Shown: positions 50,518 to 57,998, counted from the first letter of the stretch. The stretch: DNA of 64,000 bases from a virus (IMGVR_UViG_3300012347_000364:158826-222825); one strand, 5' to 3'. The notes: generated from the letters alone by a model not told the origin. Numbers and translations: made by a program.

Positions 50518-51459
50518 ATGATGGGTGAACACTTTCTTTGGGTCGAGAAATATCGTCCGAAGACAATTAGTGATGCGATTCTACCGCATTCCCTTAAAGC
50601 TGTATTTCAGCAATTCGTCGATGATGGCGTAATCCCAAACCTTTTGCTTAGTGGTAAAGCTGGTACGGGCAAAACAACAGTAGCACGTGCTATGTTGGAA
50701 GAACTTGGTTGTGACTACATCGTTATTAACGGCAGTATGAATGGAAACATTGATACTTTGCGTAACGATATTTCCAACTTCGCTTCGAGTGTGTCTCTTT
50801 CTGGCGGTCGCAAGTATGTGATCTTAGATGAAGCAGATTACCTCAATCCTAATTCCACACAACCAGCTCTTCGTAACTTTATGGAAGAGTTCAGTAAGAA
50901 CTGTGGATTCATCCTTACTTGCAACTTTAAGAACCGAATCATCGAACCATTGCACTCACGTTGTAGTGTAGTTGAGTTTACGATCCCGTCCGTCGAAAAG
51001 CCAAAGATGGCTGCAGGATTCTATAAGCGTTGTATTGATATTCTTAATCAAGAGAATGTGACGGCTGAGCCGAAGGCTGTTGCAGCTGTTGTTGAGAAAC
51101 ACTTCCCTGATTTCCGCCGTACATTGAATGAACTTCAGCGTTACAGTGCAACGGGCAAGATTGATGCCGGTATCCTGGTAAACGTGCAGGAAACGTCTTT
51201 AAAAGAGCTCATTGGCTACTTGAAGACTAAAGACTTCACTCACGTACGTAAATGGGTCGGTGAGAACTTGGATACTGATCCAGTAGTGCTTTTCCGTAAG
51301 TTTTATGACACAGCATCAGAGATGATGAAGACTGCGTCTATCCCTCAGTTGGTCTTGTTGATCGCTGAGTATCAATATAAACAAGCGTTCGTGGCTGATA
51401 GTGAAATCAACATGGTCGCCTTCTTAACCGAAGTAATGGTAGAATGTGAGTTTAAGTAA
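50518..51459 (+). CDS. gp44: Clamp loader large subunit gp44
   Basis: LWVEKYRP, GKAGTGKTT, DEAD, PL.SRC. Confidence 0.95.
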   Translation: MMGEHFLWVEKYRPKTISDAILPHSLKAVFQQFVDDGVIPNLLLSGKAGTGKTTVARAMLEELGCDYIVINGSMNGNIDTLRNDISNFASSVSLSGGRKYVILDEADYLNPNSTQPALRNFMEEFSKNCGFILTCNFKNRIIEPLHSRCSVVEFTIPSVEKPKMAAGFYKRCIDILNQENVTAEPKAVAAVVEKHFPDFRRTLNELQRYSATGKIDAGILVNVQETSLKELIGYLKTKDFTHVRKWVGENLDTDPVVLFRKFYDTASEMMKTASIPQLVLLIAEYQYKQAFVADSEINMVAFLTEVMVECEFK

Positions 51460-51638
51460 TGGAAGAAGGTTTCGAAGTTCAGCCAAAGGATCCTAGCAAG
51501 GGTCACTTTTATGTAAGCCTCGTAAAGAGTGGGTTTAGAATCGGTGCAGGTATTGCATTAGTTCGAGGACATCTAGTTACTGCTGGTGCGTTATTGATAT
51601 TTGCAGAACTCCTAGGTATCCTAGAAGAATTGGTGTAA
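51459..51638 (+). CDS. Small membrane protein (59 aa, below ORF-track cutoff)
   Basis: TAATG-coupled; HFYVSLVKSGFRI...AELLGILEELV*. Confidence 0.6.
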   Translation: MEEGFEVQPKDPSKGHFYVSLVKSGFRIGAGIALVRGHLVTAGALLIFAELLGILEELV

Positions 51639-51646
51639 GACTAAGC

Positions 51647-51937
51647 ATGAACGACATTTTAATAAACACCTTTGGATGGATTAAGGATGATTATAGAACT
51701 CACCCTTTACGCTTTTGTATGGAGTTGCTCGCTTGGGCTATTAGTATTGGGTGTTCAATTACTATGGCGACGACAGTACCGACACCGCCTCTTATTATCC
51801 TTTATCCTATCTGGATCACTGGGTGTGCTATCTACGCTTGGGCTGCTTACACTCGAAAGTCGTTTGGGATGCTGGCTAACTACATCCTGCTGACAACTAT
51901 CGACACAATTGGCTTGGTAAGGATGCTAACGCAATGA
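51647..51937 (+). CDS. Small membrane protein
   Basis: Three hydrophobic helices. Confidence 0.65.
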   Translation: MNDILINTFGWIKDDYRTHPLRFCMELLAWAISIGCSITMATTVPTPPLIILYPIWITGCAIYAWAAYTRKSFGMLANYILLTTIDTIGLVRMLTQ

Positions 51938-52332
51938 ACCCGTTTGACTTTGTAAATGCAATCAACCTGTCTAAAAAAGATATTATGACAGGTACTGAGA
52001 ATGATGAGCTCGCGGAGAAGGGGTATGTGCCGTTTGTTGTTAATCGTGCACTTTCCTACTTTCCAGACACTGTGATGTATGCTAACCATATGAACATACA
52101 TCACATCCTCGACAATAAACCCCAATTTCACTATCTGCTAAATAGCATTCGTCCAGGGAAGAGATTCTCCAAATGGGCAAAGAGGGAAGATAGTGATCTC
52201 CAACTTGTAATGCAATACTTCTCGTATGGGATTGATAAAGCTAAACAAGTGTTACCATTGCTATCAGTTGAACAACTATCCATGATAAAAACAACATTAC
52301 AAAGTGGAGTTGAGGATGACAATACTCGATAG
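51934..52332 (+). CDS. gp62: Clamp loader small subunit gp62
   Basis: PF.F.N.IN..K, Y.PF.VNR.LS.F.DT, KRFSKWAK. Confidence 0.9.
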   Translation: MNPFDFVNAINLSKKDIMTGTENDELAEKGYVPFVVNRALSYFPDTVMYANHMNIHHILDNKPQFHYLLNSIRPGKRFSKWAKREDSDLQLVMQYFSYGIDKAKQVLPLLSVEQLSMIKTTLQSGVEDDNTR

Positions 52333-52711
52333 CTTAGTCGAAGTAAAATTAAACAATGAAGATGACTTCTTGAAGGTTCGTGAAACACTGACACGGATAG
52401 GAGTTGCATCAAAAAAAGATCAGAAACTTTATCAGTCATGCCATATCCTGCATAAGCAGGGGCGTTACTACATTGTACACTTCAAAGAATTATTTGCCTT
52501 AGATGGCAAACCGACGGACATTTCAGAAGATGATCTGTCACGCCGTAATACGATTGCCAACTTGATGGCGGAGTGGGGATTGGTCACATTGGTTGAGGAA
52601 ACCAAGAGTGCAACGCCAGTCGCTCCTCTATCTCAAATCAAGGTCCTAGCCTTTAAAGAAAAGGACCAGTGGGAATTAGTAGCCAAGTACAACATAGGCC
52701 GTAAGAAATAA
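52316..52711 (+). CDS. regA: Translational repressor RegA
   Basis: DDFLKVRETLTRIG, LYQSCHILHKQG.YYIVHFKELF.LDG. Confidence 0.96.
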   Translation: MTILDSLVEVKLNNEDDFLKVRETLTRIGVASKKDQKLYQSCHILHKQGRYYIVHFKELFALDGKPTDISEDDLSRRNTIANLMAEWGLVTLVEETKSATPVAPLSQIKVLAFKEKDQWELVAKYNIGRKK

Positions 52712-52754
52712 AAGCCTGTTGACTTTATTTTTGAGATGTATATAATTGACCGTA

Positions 52755-53186
52755 ATGAATAACAAATGGCATTCACGTTTCTTTGAGTTAGCTGAGCATG
52801 TTTCAGGATGGTCGCAAGACCCTTCTACTGTGGTTGGCGCTTGTATTGTAAACGATGATAAACAAGTACTAAGTCTCGGATTCAACGGATTTCCGCGTGG
52901 GGTCGAAGATCTCACTGAGAGATACGCAGATAAAGAGACAAAATACAAATTTGTATCACATGCTGAACGTAATGCACTAGATAATGCTTATGTTGACGTT
53001 AAGGGTGCAACGTTGTATAGTACGCTATTCCCATGCAACGAGTGTGCAAAAGGAATTATTCAAAAAGGGATCAAGGAAGTCGTAACGATTAAACCAGATC
53101 TCAATAGGGTGCACAACAGTGTTGATGTGTCCTTAAAGATGTTTGAAGAAGCTGGTGTCAAAATTAGCTACTACGAAAATCTTTAA
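52755..53186 (+). CDS. dCMP deaminase
   Basis: S.DP...VGA, G.NG.PRG, HAE.NA, PC.EC. Confidence 0.92.
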   Translation: MNNKWHSRFFELAEHVSGWSQDPSTVVGACIVNDDKQVLSLGFNGFPRGVEDLTERYADKETKYKFVSHAERNALDNAYVDVKGATLYSTLFPCNECAKGIIQKGIKEVVTIKPDLNRVHNSVDVSLKMFEEAGVKISYYENL

Positions 53187-53204
53187 AATAATTTTAAAAA
53201 ACCG

Positions 53205-53233
53205 TTGACTTGTTCGATAAATTATCTTACAAT
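53205..53233 (+). promoter_or_regulatory. Sigma70-type promoter heading the tRNA region
   Basis: TTGACT-17 nt-TACAAT with an AT-rich UP element. Confidence 0.75.
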
Positions 53234-53310
53234 AGACACTTAGACAGAAATAAATTAGAAATATTTTGTTTCTGACGTCTTCAACCTTAGAAAGTTAGCT
53301 ATATACTAAC

Positions 53311-53424
53311 ATGAAAACAATTTCTTTAAACCTCTTGGCGACATATCGCCAGCCCGCTGAGCATAATAATGGCTCATGGGATTGCTTTACCCCAAGTATT
53401 GGGGTTGCGGGGTCTAAAGGATAA
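53311..53424 (+). CDS. Putative attenuator leader peptide (37 aa, all 20 amino acids)
   Basis: MKTISLNLLATYRQPAEHNNGSWDCFTPSIGVAGSKG*; its 3' end is complementary to the 5' arm of the downstream terminator; no clear SD. Confidence 0.6.
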   Translation: MKTISLNLLATYRQPAEHNNGSWDCFTPSIGVAGSKG

Positions 53425-53460
53425 GTTTAGTGTAAGTATACACCTAGATTCTTTCTAAGG

Positions 53461-53493
53461 ACCCCCGAAGACGCAAGTTTCCGGGGGTTTTTT
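53461..53493 (+). terminator. Intrinsic terminator of the putative attenuator
   Basis: ACCCCCG-A-AGAC[GCAA]GTTT-C-CGGGGGT followed by TTTTT. Confidence 0.8.
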
Positions 53494-53587
53494 GTTGGGT
53501 TAGAAGTTTTTGGCATACCAACTAAGTTGGTGCTGTTTTAGTAAAAACGTTCTTCGGAACAACGATCATTCACAATTTGGATCACAT

Positions 53588-53662
53588 ACTCGATTCGTCT
53601 ATCGGTTAGGACATCAGGTTTTCAACCTGAGAAGAGGGGTTCGACTCCCCTATCGAGTGCCA
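53588..53662 (+). tRNA. tRNA-Glu(TTC)
   Basis: Cloverleaf, TCAGG-TTTTCAA-CCTGA, CCA end. Confidence 0.9.
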
Positions 53663-53755
53663 TATTTAAGCATGTTGGCTTGAACATGGGGTAATACCTT
53701 TGCCTAACGGCTCTCGGATACGCCCCTCAGTATTTCCAATATGTTTAAATATGGC
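53659..53755 (+). ncRNA. Long-stem CCAUA element 1
   Basis: GCCATATTTAAGCATGTTGG pairs with CCAATATGTTTAAATATGGC. Confidence 0.6.
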
Positions 53756-53756
53756 G

Positions 53757-53785
53757 TTGACTTTAAAAAGTCTTTATGTTATAAT
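53757..53785 (+). promoter_or_regulatory. Sigma70-type promoter (internal to tRNA array)
   Basis: TTGACT-17 nt-TATAAT with extended -10 TG. Confidence 0.8.
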
Positions 53786-53793
53786 AAACGCAT

Positions 53794-53867
53794 GCGGGAT
53801 TAGTTTAGTGGTAAAACACTTTCCTTCCAAGTAAGAGTTGCCGGTTCGATTCCGGCATCCCGCTCCA
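53794..53867 (+). tRNA. tRNA-Gly(TCC)
   Basis: Cloverleaf, loop CTTCCAA, CCA; U-U mismatch in anticodon stem. Confidence 0.9.
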
Positions 53868-53872
53868 ACAAT

Positions 53873-53947
53873 GCCCTTGTATCCTTAGTGGTAGAGGTCC
53901 TGTTTTGTAAGCAGGGTGTGGTGGTTCGATTCCATCCTGGGGCACCA
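53873..53947 (+). tRNA. tRNA-Thr(TGT)
   Basis: CCTGT-TTTGTAA-GCAGG, CCA. Confidence 0.88.
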
Positions 53948-54090
53948 TATTGAAGTATATTATTATCGCTCGTAAGGCGACCACCCGTGATAACATGGAT
54001 CATTCTTCGATGTTATCAATGCGAACACAAGGTGATGACTCCCCAAGATATAGAGAATGTGAGAGGGAGATGGTAGTGTATTTCAATATG
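53946..54090 (+). ncRNA. Long-stem CCAUA element 2
   Basis: CATATTGAAGTATATTATTATC pairs with GATGGTAGTGTATTTCAATATG. Confidence 0.6.
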
Positions 54091-54188
54091 ATGTGAATTC
54101 ATTGTGGCTATAGTGTGTACGGGCTGCGTCTCCATGCGGCTGCGGAGACTCATCTGGAGATGGCGACCAGACACATCATAAACAATTT

Positions 54189-54264
54189 GCGGCATTAGCT
54201 CAATCGGGAGAGCACAGCACTGTCACTGCTGAGGTAAGGGGATCGAAACCCCTATGTCGCGCCA
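54189..54264 (+). tRNA. tRNA-Asp(GTC)
   Basis: CAGCA-CTGTCAC-TGCTG, GCCA. Confidence 0.9.
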
Positions 54265-54274
54265 AGTATTTTTT

Positions 54275-54348
54275 ACCTGGATAGTTAAATGGCATAACAG
54301 TCGGCTGATAACCGGCCATCACAAGTTCGATTCTTGTTCTAGGTACCA
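54275..54348 (+). tRNA. tRNA-Ile(GAT)
   Basis: GTCGG-CTGATAA-CCGGC, ACCA. Confidence 0.9.
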
Positions 54349-54361
54349 GGGAAAGTTTTAT

Positions 54362-54437
54362 ACCGTAGAGTTCACCTGATGGTGATACTTCACTGTCTAT
54401 GAAGATGCGGCGGGTTTGATTCCCGTCTACGGTGCCA
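54362..54437 (+). tRNA. tRNA-Asp(GTC), atypical second copy
   Basis: CTTCA-CTGTCTA-TGAAG (U37); T-loop TTTGATT; GCCA. Confidence 0.75.
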
Positions 54438-54444
54438 AGTTTGT

Positions 54445-54523
54445 TGCGGGGTAGAGGAGTCCGGTCGTCCTCGCCAGTCTCATAAGCTGGAGATCGCAGG
54501 TTCAAATCCTGCCCCCGCTACCA
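54445..54523 (+). tRNA. tRNA-Met(CAT), initiator-like
   Basis: 1:72 mismatch, GCGGGG acceptor, loop CTCATAA; lacks the three G-C anticodon-stem pairs. Confidence 0.8.
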
Positions 54524-54530
54524 GTTTTAT

Positions 54531-54605
54531 TCCGAAGTAGCACAGCGGTAGTGCAGTTGACTGTTAATCAATTGGTCGCTGGTTCGATCCCAGCCTTCGG
54601 AGCCA
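54531..54605 (+). tRNA. tRNA-Asn(GTT)
   Basis: GTTGA-CTGTTAA-TCAAT, GCCA. Confidence 0.92.
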
Positions 54606-54610
54606 AATAT

Positions 54611-54684
54611 GCGTGGTTAGTTTAATGGTAAAATCAGACGTTGCCAACGTTTAGTTAAGAGTTCGATTCTCTTACCCCGCACCA
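54611..54684 (+). tRNA. tRNA-Gly(GCC)
   Basis: AGACG-TTGCCAA-CGTTT, ACCA. Confidence 0.85.
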
Positions 54685-54778
54685 AGTTATGAGGTGACGC
54701 TACAGTCGTAACTGCTCGAGCAGGAGAAGACAAAAAGCCTAAGCATGCAGATGAGCTCGCATGGCCTCGATTAGTTTT

Positions 54779-54837
54779 AGGATAGTTACAGCAATTAAAA
54801 AGCTAACTATGGTTGTCTAGCGACAAAAGCTATCCTG
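54779..54837 (+). ncRNA. AGGAU-clamp RNA 1 (minimal insert)
   Basis: AGGATAGTT-ACAGCAA ... AGCTATCCTG. Confidence 0.6.
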
Positions 54838-54846
54838 TTATTTTAT

Positions 54847-54928
54847 GGATGAGATGCTCTAATGGTAGGGCAGCAGGCTGTAACCCTGTGGCTTCGGCAA
54901 GTAGGTTCGATCCCTACCTCATCCACCA
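54847..54928 (+). tRNA. tRNA-Tyr(GTA)
   Basis: GCAGG-CTGTAAC-CCTGT, long V arm, ACCA. Confidence 0.88.
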
Positions 54929-54933
54929 CTCGT

Positions 54934-55019
54934 GGAGTCGTAGGAAAATTGGTAACCCCAGTGGACTGTAAATCCGCCGCCCTTGTGCACTACTGGTTCA
55001 ACTCCAGTCGGCTCCACCA
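54934..55019 (+). tRNA. tRNA-Tyr(GTA), second copy
   Basis: GTGGA-CTGTAAA-TCCGC, long V arm, ACCA. Confidence 0.88.
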
Positions 55020-55024
55020 ATTAT

Positions 55025-55098
55025 CTCGGATTAGTTTAGTGGTAAAACTCGTGGTTTGGGACCATGGGTCGGGTGTTCGATTCACCCATCCGAGACCA
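55025..55098 (+). tRNA. tRNA-Pro(TGG)
   Basis: CGTGG-TTTGGGA-CCATG, ACCA. Confidence 0.88.
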
Positions 55099-55266
55099 AG
55101 AATTAGTCGGCGTAATTAACCGAAAAGTAAGTAGTAGACGATCTTGCCACTTCGGTCGTCTTTGCAGTGTATACTGCGTCAGCAAAGGGCAACTGGATGC
55201 TGAGAAACACTGGGGTAAGAGTCCCAATTGATGGTGTGCACTAATTTAACGCAAAGAGAATTCTTT

Positions 55267-55346
55267 GCTCCGTAGAATCCGAGCCAGGTGCACGGACTTG
55301 ACTGTTAATCAATGACTAGCTGGGTTCGAGTCCCAGATACGGAGCA
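55267..55346 (+). tRNA. Atypical tRNA-Asn(GTT)-like RNA without encoded CCA
   Basis: TTGA-CTGTTAA-TCAA, T arm CTGGG-TTCGAGT-CCCAG; acceptor helix extends to about 14 bp. Confidence 0.6.
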
Positions 55347-55359
55347 AAGAGTTTTTAAT

Positions 55360-55434
55360 GGGGGCAGTAGAGGGCTACGGTGGTTCCTTGCAAGAATCAT
55401 GTCTAGATCGGTTCGATACCGACGGTCTCCACCA
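55360..55434 (+). tRNA. tRNA-Ala(TGC), atypical D arm
   Basis: GGTTC-CTTGCAA-GAATC, G3-U70, ACCA. Confidence 0.72.
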
Positions 55435-55473
55435 ATTTTATACTCGATTATAGTAAAGTATAGTCGATTATAC

Positions 55474-55548
55474 ACCCGGTTAGCTCAGGGGTAGAGCACA
55501 CGCTTGATAAGCGTTAGGTCGCAAGTTCAAATCTTGCACTGGGTACCA
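55474..55548 (+). tRNA. tRNA-Ile(GAT), second copy
   Basis: ACGC-TTGATAA-GCGT, ACCA. Confidence 0.88.
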
Positions 55549-55553
55549 GTTTT

Positions 55554-55620
55554 AGGATAGGTTCTGCAATCTTATAGAACACCAAACTTTTAATTTGACA
55601 CGTTCGTCAACACTATCCTG
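55554..55620 (+). ncRNA. AGGAU-clamp RNA 2 enclosing a Lys(UUU)-like anticodon stem-loop
   Basis: AGGATAG..CTGCAA ... CAAA-CTTTTAA-TTTG ... CTATCCTG. Confidence 0.6.
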
Positions 55621-55630
55621 TTGTATTTGT

Positions 55631-55706
55631 GGGGGTATAGCTCATCTGGTAGAGCAGGTGCTTTGCAAGCATCAGGTGGCGGGTTCGAGTCCTGTTGCCT
55701 CCACCA
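55631..55706 (+). tRNA. tRNA-Ala(TGC)
   Basis: Canonical cloverleaf, G3-U70, ACCA. Confidence 0.92.
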
Positions 55707-55804
55707 AGGTTTCGGCCGAAAGAAAACTGTTCGACGGGCTCTATGGGGTCGGAGCGTCCTAGAAAAGAACAGGGGTACGAGTCCCAAGTTCCCGCCAAAT
55801 TTAT

Positions 55805-55879
55805 GTACCATTAGACTTCTGGTGAGGTCATCACCCTTTCAAGGTGACTAGACGGGATCGTAACCCGTATGGTACTCCA
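55805..55879 (+). tRNA. tRNA-Glu(TTC), second copy
   Basis: TCACC-CTTTCAA-GGTGA; T-loop ATCGTAA. Confidence 0.82.
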
Positions 55880-55880
55880 A

Positions 55881-56178
55881 GGCAAATAGTAATCTTGTTT
55901 TGATGCATGGTTACTCAATGTTTGTTAGTTTCAATGGGTGCTATAGAAACTAACCCAAACACTAAGACAACACTTAGTAAGATGAGTAGACGGAAACCGA
56001 CCCAGGAGAGACTTCCTGGGCTTCACAGTGCGTGGACACGATGAGAAACGCAAGGTGACGAACGATAAGCAAAGTCGGTCCAGTAGGGGTAAGAAAAGTG
56101 TTGTCGGCGGAAAGAACTGCCGGACGTCAGAAGTTATGAGTGCGCTAGCATTTGATAACGCCGTGTATACGTACCACA
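55881..56178 (+). ncRNA. Candidate ~300-nt structured ncRNA of unknown class
   Basis: No credible ORF; long-range pair GACAACACTT/AAGTGTTGTC and several local hairpins. Confidence 0.45.
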
Positions 56179-56179
56179 T

Positions 56180-56254
56180 GGATTGTAAACTTTGAAGATG
56201 AAGTCCCGGCTCTTAACCGGCGAGAAGACAGTTTGAGTCTGTCACGATCCACCA
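56180..56254 (+). tRNA. tRNA-Lys(CTT), atypical D/T loops
   Basis: CCGG-CTCTTAA-CCGG; T-loop TTTGAGT; ACCA. Confidence 0.75.
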
Positions 56255-56404
56255 TATTATAATACATTTTTGTCTACATGCGGGGTAAGGTTCCTCGGTA
56301 GGTGTGCCAGAACGAGAATAGTCTTGCAAGGTAAAGCTCGTGGTAACACATCAAAAACCTACAGATGGCGTTGACAACCATTTGGGAGTGTATTATAATA
56401 TGGT
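56251..56404 (+). ncRNA. Long-stem CCAUA element 3
   Basis: ACCATATTATAATACATTTTT pairs with GGGAGTGTATTATAATATGGT. Confidence 0.6.
56371..56399 (+). promoter_or_regulatory. Consensus sigma70 promoter overlapping the 3' arm of element 3
   Basis: TTGACA-17 nt-TATAAT. Confidence 0.8.
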
Positions 56405-56409
56405 ATAAT

Positions 56410-56483
56410 CTGGGTATAGGATAATGGTAGTCAGTGAGTCTTGGATACTCGCAGCGCAAGTTCGATTCTTGCTACCCAGACCA
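56410..56483 (+). tRNA. tRNA-Pro(TGG), second copy with A37
   Basis: TGAGT-CTTGGAT-ACTCG, ACCA. Confidence 0.8.
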
Positions 56484-56492
56484 AAAGAATTA

Positions 56493-56568
56493 GCTCGCGA
56501 AGTATTAGTTGGTGGTATGCCGCCCTCGTAACGCGGAGGATTGGGTTCGAGGCCCGACGTGAGCACCA
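56493..56568 (+). tRNA. tRNA-Thr(CGT)
   Basis: CCGCC-CTCGTAA-CGCGG, ACCA. Confidence 0.75.
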
Positions 56569-56571
56569 AGT

Positions 56572-56762
56572 TTTGTAAGTGTTAGCAAGTTGAAGTACGT
56601 TGAAAAGATTCTTCGAAGGTCTTTAGATGAAAAAAGGTTCGGGTGCGATTCCCCTTGTCCCTAGGATGGAGAACTTATGGATACCCAAGTAACGTACCGA
56701 ACTCCCTGTGCACATAACTGATGGGTGAATGGTTCCGATAACGTGGTGGAACAGCTTACAAA
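56572..56762 (+). ncRNA. Structured RNA with tRNA-like arms (possible clamp-family relative)
   Basis: Closing stem TTTGTAAGT/GCTTACAAA, TAGCAA after the 5' arm, AAGATT-CTTCGAA-GGTCTT and GGG-TGCGATT-CCC hairpins. Confidence 0.45.
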
Positions 56763-56770
56763 TTTAATAT

Positions 56771-56854
56771 GCCCCTGTGGTGGAATGGCAGACACGCTGG
56801 TCTTAGAAACCAGTGCCGAAAGGCGTGCGAGTTCGAGTCTCGCTGGGGGCACCA
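56771..56854 (+). tRNA. tRNA-Leu(TAG)
   Basis: CTGGT-CTTAGAA-ACCAG, long V arm, ACCA. Confidence 0.92.
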
Positions 56855-56972
56855 TATTGAAGTATTCTTGGCATAAGTCAAAGCGGGAGAAGACGTTTAG
56901 TATCTGCAGATGCGAATGCGTCAGTGGATCTATCCCCTCCTATGCCTGCATTCGAGAGTATTTCAATATGGT
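56851..56972 (+). ncRNA. Long-stem CCAUA element 4
   Basis: ACCATATTGAAGTATTCTTG pairs with CGAGAGTATTTCAATATGGT. Confidence 0.6.
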
Positions 56973-57042
56973 AGGCGTAGTTGCAACGTGAAGGGTTCCA
57001 TGGACCTGGAAGCCTACCACCAAATTTTAATATAAGGACAGT

Positions 57043-57303
57043 ATGAATATTATTCCAATTCGTGATAAGGTTGCAGTTGTGCAATTGAAAAACAGCACAA
57101 CTACCGACAGTGGTATTATTTTACAAGGCGATGTCTCGCAAGAAGCGAAGCGCGGTAAGGTAATCGCAGTCGGTCCAGAAGTACAAGATGTTAAGGAAGG
57201 CGACGTAGTCTTACTTGACTGGGTACATGCAATTCAATCCAAGATTGAGAATATCCCATTCTTCCTTATTAAAGAACAGCACGTGATTGCTGTTGTAGAG
57301 TAA
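57043..57303 (+). CDS. groES: Co-chaperonin GroES (Cpn10)
   Basis: P..DKV.V, T.SGII mobile loop, G.V.AVGP, VK.GD.V, E..V.AV. Confidence 0.9.
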   Translation: MNIIPIRDKVAVVQLKNSTTTDSGIILQGDVSQEAKRGKVIAVGPEVQDVKEGDVVLLDWVHAIQSKIENIPFFLIKEQHVIAVVE

Positions 57304-57308
57304 TTTAA

Positions 57309-57384
57309 GCCCTTGTAGCTCAGGTGGTAGAGCAGTGGATTGAAAATCCATGTGTCGGCGGTTCGACTCCGTCCAGGGGCACCA
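57309..57384 (+). tRNA. tRNA-Phe(GAA)
   Basis: GTGGA-TTGAAAA-TCCAT, ACCA. Confidence 0.93.
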
Positions 57385-57509
57385 AGTTTTGTAGAGACAC
57401 GTATTGCCAATCTGTTGCAAGTAATACACAGTATGAAAGCTTCGCCGGTGTGTCCCGTCTATGTTCAGAGTTTGGCACTGGACTTACTACAAATTAGTTT
57501 AGACCATTT

Positions 57510-57628
57510 AGGTTCATTTCAGCAACTACAAATAATCTTTCTATGAAAAAGAGGGTCTGGGTTCGAATCCCAGCTCAGGTTTGGTCTCCTGATGTGGTGT
57601 AATGGTAGCACGATAAAAGTTGAACCTG
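57510..57628 (+). ncRNA. AGGAU-clamp RNA 3: circularly permuted tRNA body (anticodon ATG)
   Basis: AGGTTCA..CAGCAA, then anticodon arm, T arm, loop-closed acceptor, D arm, then TGAACCTG. Confidence 0.75.
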
Positions 57629-57632
57629 TTAT

Positions 57633-57706
57633 ATCTCGGTAGTGTAATGGCAGCATACCAGTCTCCAAAACTGTTGGTCGGGGTTCGAGTCCCTGCCGGG
57701 ATGCCA
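57633..57706 (+). tRNA. tRNA-Trp(CCA) with 4-bp anticodon stem
   Basis: CCAGT-CTCCAAA-ACTGT (C27-U43 mismatch); U11-A24; GCCA. Confidence 0.88.
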
Positions 57707-57713
57707 AGAATAT

Positions 57714-57805
57714 GGATAGTGATGCAGCTGGGTTGGTCCGGCGACGAGCCTTGAAAACTCGGTTCTCAGAAATGGGATGGGGTTCGACTCCTCCGCTATC
57801 CGCCA
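57714..57805 (+). tRNA. tRNA-Ser(TGA), 8/4-type fold
   Basis: Acceptor GGATAGTG/CGCTATCC, T stem GGGG/CCTC, long V arm, GCCA. Confidence 0.78.
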
Positions 57806-57872
57806 TGTTATGGGACAAAAATATAATTCTGTAAAGAATTTATTCTGCAATTTAAATTGTCCCGCCATTTTT

Positions 57873-57989
57873 AGGATACTTACAGCAATGTCTATTAGAC
57901 ACGTTGGTTCGAATCCAACATTTGGGGCTTCCCAAATTCGCTCAGCGGTTGAGCAAACGACTTATAATCGTTCACTAAAAAGTATCCTG
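57873..57989 (+). ncRNA. AGGAU-clamp RNA 4: circularly permuted tRNA body (anticodon TAT)
   Basis: AGGATACTT-ACAGCAA, T arm, ATTTGGG[GCTT]CCCAAAT acceptor, D arm, AACGA-CTTATAA-TCGTT, AAGTATCCTG. Confidence 0.8.
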
Positions 57990-57998
57990 TTGTTTTGT

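Noticed and set aside
55881-56178. RNase P RNA or tmRNA
   Set aside because: No GAGGAAAGUCC-type P4 signature; no Ala-type acceptor/T-arm ends or tag reading frame recognised
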